The notes under the pieces are model-generated. The model worked only from the letters and a program-made list of their open reading frames with translations, had not been told where the DNA came from and made no database searches. The translations under genes and the position numbers were made by a program. Below, piece after piece: positions 29,956-33,742 of a stretch of 33,742 nucleotides of DNA; position 1 is the first letter of the stretch; every line of letters begins with the position of its first letter. The DNA comes from a virus (taxonomy: Duplodnaviria > Caudoviricetes), in IMG/VR virus record IMGVR_UViG_3300027586_000024, positions 1 to 33,742 of that record. One strand, 5' to 3'.

Positions 29956-30204
29956 TTATTTATCAAGGATTTTTGACTCATAAAGTGGTTCAGTTCCATA
30001 TTCCCAATCATCGTAATCATTATCATTGCGAATTCTTTCGTGAATTTCGTTTTGTGTAGCAAAATCGTGTTTTTTGGGGGTTAAAACATCATCTGCAATC
30101 TCACGAAGCATTTTTGGTGGTTTTACCGTGTAATCCGTGATTAATTTTGTAGTTCCCCACACTTCTTTCATGTAATCCTTGTCTCTATCCGATGGTTGTC
30201 CCAT
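29956..30204 (-). CDS. Hypothetical protein (acidic C-terminus)
   Basis: 82 aa ORF with AGGAG Shine-Dalgarno upstream; collinear with operon. Confidence 0.75.
   Translation of the reverse strand: MGQPSDRDKDYMKEVWGTTKLITDYTVKPPKMLREIADDVLTPKKHDFATQNEIHERIRNDNDYDDWEYGTEPLYESKILDK
29957..29964 (-). promoter_or_regulatory. Late promoter-like GATAAATA for gp25-gp6-gp7
   Basis: ATAAATA core ~20 nt upstream of gp25 ATG. Confidence 0.6.
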
Positions 30205-30898
30205 GTTTTTGCTCCTGATTGGTTAAATCAGAACTTTTTTCGGGGTTGCTATCCCGTTCTTGTGCAGTTTTCCAAAAATATTCGTCTTCATTACCCATTG
30301 CAAGACGTTCATAACTATTTTCAACTTGATAGTACCTTGTAGATACCTTAAAATCGGGTGTTTTGGGGTTTTTTGGTGTTAAACTGTTATCATATATACG
30401 AATTCTGTTGTTTGGGTAGAGTGCATACTGTCCATTATATAGTTCAATAAGATTAAATGACTTATGTTCTGCAGGATTCTCCGAAGTTGTATAGTCAATT
30501 ACATTTGAGTCTTGATGATAGTTGTCTAAAGTGCAAATGTAAGTACCTTTCTGAGGTCCATGATCTCTTGTGTAGCATTCATAGTCCATAGAAGCAATAA
30601 AGTGCTTACGAATGGATACTACACCATAATCCATGCAGTTCCAGAATTGTAAGTTAGGTAAATCCATATCAGGACTCGGAGTTTCTGGACGAGATACGAA
30701 CGCGCTGATGGGTAGTTTGTCATACATTGCTGCATACTCTGGTAAGTATGTCTCAAAATAAAAAGTGCGCCCAGGTATCGATTTTGCCGATACCCAAACG
30801 CCTTTTACAAACTCTTCAAACCCACTCTGATGATCAGTTAAGTATTCTTTACGAACCCAAATTTCTTTAGATGGTAAATTAACAATTAAACATGACAT
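30185..30898 (-). CDS. Conserved hypothetical cyanomyovirus protein
   Basis: 237 aa ORF; WVRKEYL.DH, AMYDKLPISAF, LQFWNC, NGQYALYPNNR motifs recalled from T4-like cyanophage core hypotheticals. Confidence 0.8.
   Translation of the reverse strand: MSCLIVNLPSKEIWVRKEYLTDHQSGFEEFVKGVWVSAKSIPGRTFYFETYLPEYAAMYDKLPISAFVSRPETPSPDMDLPNLQFWNCMDYGVVSIRKHFIASMDYECYTRDHGPQKGTYICTLDNYHQDSNVIDYTTSENPAEHKSFNLIELYNGQYALYPNNRIRIYDNSLTPKNPKTPDFKVSTRYYQVENSYERLAMGNEDEYFWKTAQERDSNPEKSSDLTNQEQKHGTTIG
30212..30256 (-). promoter_or_regulatory. Putative cis-regulatory RNA (mini pseudoknot plus RBS-overlapping hairpin) ahead of the 82 aa ORF
   Basis: CGGG-ATAGCAAC-CCCG-AAAAAA-GTTCT then CTGATT-TAACC-AATCAG overlapping AGGAG. 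Confidence 0.4.
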
Positions 30899-30927
30899 AC
30901 TATTAAGTTATGCATCTTTAATTCTAT

Positions 30928-31014
30928 TTAACCTTTCCCTTGTTCTCGATATTTTTTTGTTTTTCATTACGAGACGTTGCCGAAACGAGATTTTTTTGAT
31001 AATCCCGAAGACAT
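30928..31014 (-). pseudogene. Decayed small basic protein gene
   Basis: Fragments KKSR / SATSRN / KYREQGKG* in three different frames. Confidence 0.45.
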
Positions 31015-31027
31015 TATTTCTCTAAGT

Positions 31028-31801
31028 TTAAATAATACGAGTTTTTTCATGTCCGACACGAATCCGCGGATCGCACCAGATATCATATCCTTTCTCAATG
31101 GCATCAAGACAGAATGAAACATCTTCTCCACACATATCCTGAACTGCACCAGATTCAAAGACTTGCATCTTAGGAGCAAACCAAGGATACTCAAGATTTT
31201 CAAAAACACCCTTCTTAATGAGAACCCAACCAAATCCAGTGTAATCAACTGTGAAAGGCTTCTTACGCTTACTAATTGATTCAATGGTTTCGTGATTCAT
31301 AACTCCACCATTTTTGCGGAAGTCATCTTCCTCTAACCAGTGTGCGACAGAGGTTGTGTGACCATCTTCTGTGGCATACCATCCACCAACGATCTCTTTG
31401 TCCACTCCTTCATTATTCAGTGCTAAATCACAAAGTTGCCAGAACTTGTTAGAATCAAAGACAATATCCGAGTCAATCCATAGTTGATAATCATATTGTA
31501 ATTTACCATCCCAAGGAAGTTGCTTAGGACCTCGTAATACATTTGCACCTAAACACTTACAACGTGCAAAGTTTACCATTGATGAGTAATCTTGTGAGAT
31601 TTGAATACTCATTCCATTTTGTACAATATCAAAACAAAGTTGTACAAATGCTTTTAAAAAGATATAAGAACATCCTCTGCCAGGTAAACAGAAAACAATA
31701 GACTTTCCTTTCATTCTTTCTTTAATTGCACCATAGTCCCAATCTTCTGTTGGTGCTGATGCTCGTGGTGCTGCTGCCTTTACAGTGAATCCTTTTGCCA
31801 T
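31028..31801 (-). CDS. GT-A fold glycosyltransferase-like protein
   Basis: WIDSDIVF (DxD), TGFGWVLIKKGVFE, GEDVSFC, DPRIRVGHEK motifs. Confidence 0.75.
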   Translation of the reverse strand: MAKGFTVKAAAPRASAPTEDWDYGAIKERMKGKSIVFCLPGRGCSYIFLKAFVQLCFDIVQNGMSIQISQDYSSMVNFARCKCLGANVLRGPKQLPWDGKLQYDYQLWIDSDIVFDSNKFWQLCDLALNNEGVDKEIVGGWYATEDGHTTSVAHWLEEDDFRKNGGVMNHETIESISKRKKPFTVDYTGFGWVLIKKGVFENLEYPWFAPKMQVFESGAVQDMCGEDVSFCLDAIEKGYDIWCDPRIRVGHEKTRII

Positions 31802-31825
31802 AAGTTTTTACGAATCTTTAGGTTA

Positions 31826-31854
31826 ATTTTATCAGTTATATAGAATTTTGTCAA
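31826..31854 (-). promoter_or_regulatory. Sigma70-type promoter TTGACA-N17-TAAAAT with extended -10 TG
   Basis: -35 at 31849-31854, -10 at 31826-31831, upstream of glycosyltransferase-like gene. Confidence 0.8.
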
Positions 31855-32042
31855 TGCGAAGAATTTAAGATTGCCTCTTTGTTTATGATTAATTCTTCGT
31901 ATGAAAGATCCTTTGCAGTATAATCAGTTTTCATCAAACCAATCATATTGTTTAATGTATTCCAGGTAATTTTAAATTCTTCTTCTTTAATAGAATGAAA
32001 CAAACATTTGTTTTTTGCGTATATGTGATATATTTTTTCCAT
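31851..32042 (-). CDS. Hypothetical protein
   Basis: 63 aa ORF (YHIYAK..CL...LSYEEL), collinear with downstream genes. Confidence 0.7.
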   Translation of the reverse strand: MEKIYHIYAKNKCLFHSIKEEEFKITWNTLNNMIGLMKTDYTAKDLSYEELIINKEAILNSSH

Positions 32043-32084
32043 ATTTTGTGAAAATTTTTTACCGGAAATTTTTTTAATAGTAAT

Positions 32085-32241
32085 TTATCTCACTATCGCA
32101 TTATATATCAGTGTTACTAAGAACACAATATGAACTCACATAATCTTATAATACATTATCGTCCATCCTATAAGTACAACTCTTCAGAAGTTACAGTAGG
32201 GGGGACCTTCTTGTTCTGAGAGGGGTTTTGTGAGTTTTCAT
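32085..32241 (-). pseudogene. Decayed small membrane-protein gene
   Basis: MKTHKTPLRTRRSP, +1 shift in a C6 run, then YCNF*RVVLIGWTIMYYKIM*VHIVFLVTLIYNAIVR*; hydrophobic frame with two internal TGA. Confidence 0.45.
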
Positions 32242-32384
32242 ACCTGGGGGAAATATTTTTTGATCTTTATATTTACAGGTCGATTTGTCACCTCTGTAGG
32301 TTAGGGTAGTGGTTCGTTTTTAATAACGCCCCCCGGACCGCAACGCCCCCTAGGGCAAAACACTGCTCCTAGGGTATACTGCCA

Positions 32385-32413
32385 ATTCTAACATAGGTGC
32401 TCCCCAGTGTCAA
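32385..32413 (-). promoter_or_regulatory. Sigma70-type promoter TTGACA-N17-TAGAAT with -35 inside an inverted repeat
   Basis: -35 at 32408-32413, -10 at 32385-32390; TGCTCCC (32398-32404) / GGGAGCA (32417-32423) flank the -35. Confidence 0.8.
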
Positions 32414-32434
32414 CCAGGGAGCATACAGTAAGTA

Positions 32435-32575
32435 TCAATATTGAGTGTTATATACCTCAGCACAATTATCAATATTCTCCTCAACAATGCTCTCTACAAG
32501 CATATCAAGAATCGTCAAGATTTCGGTGGCAGTGTTACCTTGTGCCAACAAAGAAAGAATCACAGACTTAGACAT
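32435..32575 (-). CDS. 46 aa acidic hypothetical protein (MSKSVILSLLAQGNTATEILTILDMLVESIVEENIDNCAEVYNTQY), not in ORF track
   Basis: Manual translation; amphipathic helical pattern; U-rich leader; tiles with neighbours. Confidence 0.6.
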   Translation of the reverse strand: MSKSVILSLLAQGNTATEILTILDMLVESIVEENIDNCAEVYNTQY

Positions 32576-32611
32576 AATAAAAAAAGAAAGTTGAGTTAAC
32601 TGTTTGAGTGG

Positions 32612-32645
32612 TGAGTGTCTTTATAGAGGCGCATCTCATTCCTCT
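32612..32645 (-). ncRNA. H-type pseudoknot RNA motif, abiF-motif-like (copy 1)
   Basis: AGAGG-AA-TGAG-ATGCG-CCTCT-ATAAAGACA-CTCA: P1 AGAGG/CCTCT, P2 TGAG/CTCA; intergenic. Confidence 0.55.
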
Positions 32646-32677
32646 TGATTGTTACTTAGAAATCGAACACATCAGAG

Positions 32678-32857
32678 TTAGTTCACATCACCTAATGCGG
32701 TTAATTTAGTGCTCTGATTAATGCTGCGAGACCCTGCCCCAGTGCGCACTCTGGTGCTGCCACCTTTAATCCGGTCAGTCCATCGCAGTGTAGCAGAACC
32801 ATGAGCAACAGGCAGTCGGGTGATGGTGAATTGAATGCCGTCGATTGTGGTGATCAT
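32678..32857 (-). CDS. 59 aa basic hypothetical protein (MITTIDGIQFTITRLPVAHGSATLRWTDRIKGGSTRVRTGAGSRSINQSTKLTALGDVN), not in ORF track
   Basis: Manual translation; visibly more GC-rich than the structural genes; promoter-like motif upstream. Confidence 0.55.
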   Translation of the reverse strand: MITTIDGIQFTITRLPVAHGSATLRWTDRIKGGSTRVRTGAGSRSINQSTKLTALGDVN

Positions 32858-32918
32858 GGCAGGGAGTGCAGTGCTTATACTACTGGTACACTTTGAAGGA
32901 CCCAGAGGTCCTCATCTC

Positions 32919-33092
32919 CTACCAACTATCAGGTGCATTTAAGTCCTCGACATATGCCTCGCAATGTTCTGCTGGTTCTAACTTAAATACTTTTGTCCAG
33001 TCCAAATTGTGTGGGTCAAAGTCATTTAGAACATCAAGTTCCAATGTCACTCTATACTTGTGCTTCTGTGCCTGGGAATACGCAACCGACAT
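32919..33092 (-). CDS. 57 aa hypothetical protein (MSVAYSQAQKHKYRVTLELDVLNDFDPHNLDWTKVFKLEPAEHCEAYVEDLNAPDSW), not in ORF track
   Basis: Manual translation; GGAG Shine-Dalgarno and tandem promoters upstream; better candidate than the antisense 32866-33108 ORF. Confidence 0.75.
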   Translation of the reverse strand: MSVAYSQAQKHKYRVTLELDVLNDFDPHNLDWTKVFKLEPAEHCEAYVEDLNAPDSW

Positions 33093-33119
33093 AATAGTGC
33101 TCCATTGATGTATGTGTAC

Positions 33120-33148
33120 AGTATAAGATGCTTGCCAGTCATTGTCAA
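33120..33148 (-). promoter_or_regulatory. Sigma70-type promoter TTGACA-N17-TATACT
   Basis: -35 at 33143-33148, -10 at 33120-33125. Confidence 0.8.
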
Positions 33149-33160
33149 GTGTCTTGGGGG

Positions 33161-33168
33161 TATTTATA
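33161..33168 (-). promoter_or_regulatory. T4 late promoter TATAAATA
   Basis: Exact consensus 12 nt upstream of the sigma70 promoter. Confidence 0.6.
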
Positions 33169-33220
33169 AGATATTCATATGTTTTTTAGAGTATTTGTCA
33201 GATTTTGTAATCCTGGGGGG

Positions 33221-33249
33221 TTGACAAATTGCGTTCCTTTGTGTATGCT
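33221..33249 (+). promoter_or_regulatory. Divergent sigma70-type promoter TTGACA-N17-TATGCT with no downstream ORF
   Basis: -35 at 33221-33226, -10 at 33244-33249, preceded by TG extended -10 dinucleotide region. Confidence 0.7.
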
Positions 33250-33306
33250 TGCTAAGATCACAAGGATCTGGCAGGTTTATAAGATTTAGAGAGCATTAAT
33301 ACCCTC

Positions 33307-33361
33307 AATTATTCTCAATAAGACTCCTTATTGATTCTCAATAACAACAAATATTCTCAAC
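33307..33361. repeat. Three ATTCTCAA repeats, one within TTATTGA-TTC-TCAATAA inverted repeat
   Basis: ATTCTCAA at 33311, 33334, 33353. Confidence 0.65.
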
Positions 33362-33442
33362 AGATAACTCACACATATACATTAATTAACACATTTATTA
33401 ATCATTTTTAATACTTTTTCACCTTATTTGAGTTAAAAACAT

Positions 33443-33475
33443 AAAAAAAGAGAGAAGGATTACCAGTCCCTCTCT
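33443..33475 (-). terminator. Intrinsic terminator
   Basis: AGAGAGGGA-CTGGTAA-TCCTTCTCT 9 bp stem (one G-U) followed by CTTTTTTT. Confidence 0.7.
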
Positions 33476-33518
33476 ATTAACCAACCTATCCACATTTAGA
33501 AAATTATCTATACTTTAC

Positions 33519-33562
33519 AGAGTCACTTTTGTTTGTTGTGATGAGGCAAAACTCCTTCCTCT
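33519..33562 (-). ncRNA. H-type pseudoknot RNA motif, abiF-motif-like (copy 2)
   Basis: AGAGG-AA-GGAG-TTTTG-CCTC-ATCACAACAAACAAAAGTGA-CTCT: P1 GAGG/CCTC, P2 GGAG/CTCT; intergenic, before terminator. Confidence 0.5.
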
Positions 33563-33570
33563 ATGTAATA

Positions 33571-33732
33571 CTAACTGTACGAGTAACCTACTGATTGTAA
33601 CTTATCAAAGATAGTATCAATCTCAGGGTCATACTCTTCCTTTGACCTATTAGCAACCTCTTCTAAGTAATAGAGAATTATTGATATCTCATTCTCGGTG
33701 AGTGAAACATTGTGCAGTGTGTCAAGTGTCAT
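33571..33732 (-). CDS. 53 aa acidic hypothetical protein (MTLDTLHNVSLTENEISIILYYLEEVANRSKEEYDPEIDTIFDKLQSVGYSYS), not in ORF track
   Basis: Manual translation; helical-hairpin pattern typical of small early phage proteins. Confidence 0.6.
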   Translation of the reverse strand: MTLDTLHNVSLTENEISIILYYLEEVANRSKEEYDPEIDTIFDKLQSVGYSYS

Positions 33733-33742
33733 TTGATTTGAT

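Noticed and set aside
30967-31284. 105 aa alternative-frame ORF overlapping the glycosyltransferase-like gene
   Set aside because: Mostly out-of-frame overlap; only its last codons coincide with the decayed basic-gene remnant
240-32241. TGA stop-codon recoding, suggested by in-frame TGA in decayed ORFs
   Set aside because: gp15, the 77 aa ORF and the 63 aa ORF end normally at TGA, long genes have no internal TGA, and the remnants also contain frameshifts
32612-32645. Canonical preQ1-I riboswitch (AGAGG...CCTCT ATAAA resemblance to B. subtilis queC aptamer)
   Set aside because: Ligand-contacting loop U and C positions are A and G here and no queuosine genes are adjacent; kept only as an alternative to the abiF-like interpretation
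32866-33108. 80 aa plus-strand ORF
   Set aside because: Antisense to the 57 aa minus-strand ORF that has promoters and RBS
32040-33742. tRNA genes in the intergenic region
   Set aside because: No cloverleaf or GTTCRA T-loop context found by eye

Overview
Segment of a T4-like (Kyanoviridae-type, P-SSM2/S-SM2-like 'GIGT-rich') cyanomyovirus genome; all credible genes are on the minus strand. Reading in transcription direction (right to left): a ~1.7 kb regulatory/small-ORF region (32.0-33.7 kb) with consensus sigma70 promoters, a terminator, four unlisted 46-59 aa ORFs and two related pseudoknot-like RNA motifs; then a GT-A glycosyltransferase-like gene and two hypotheticals; then the late morphogenesis block gp25-gp6-gp7 (4247 aa)-gp8-DUF4815/VrlC-like giant structural protein (2872 aa)-two small ORFs (one NblA-like)-gp13-gp14-gp15-gp16-partial ORF, with T4-type late promoters. 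Most notable observations: covarying pseudoknot RNAs resembling the abiF/type III antitoxin motif, a five-domain nested ('matryoshka') repeat insertion in the giant structural protein, an unannotated NblA-like ORF in the late operon, a cupredoxin-type insert in gp7, an origin/ncRNA-like promoter region, and three decayed small genes. All family assignments are from motif recognition and recall, not database searches.
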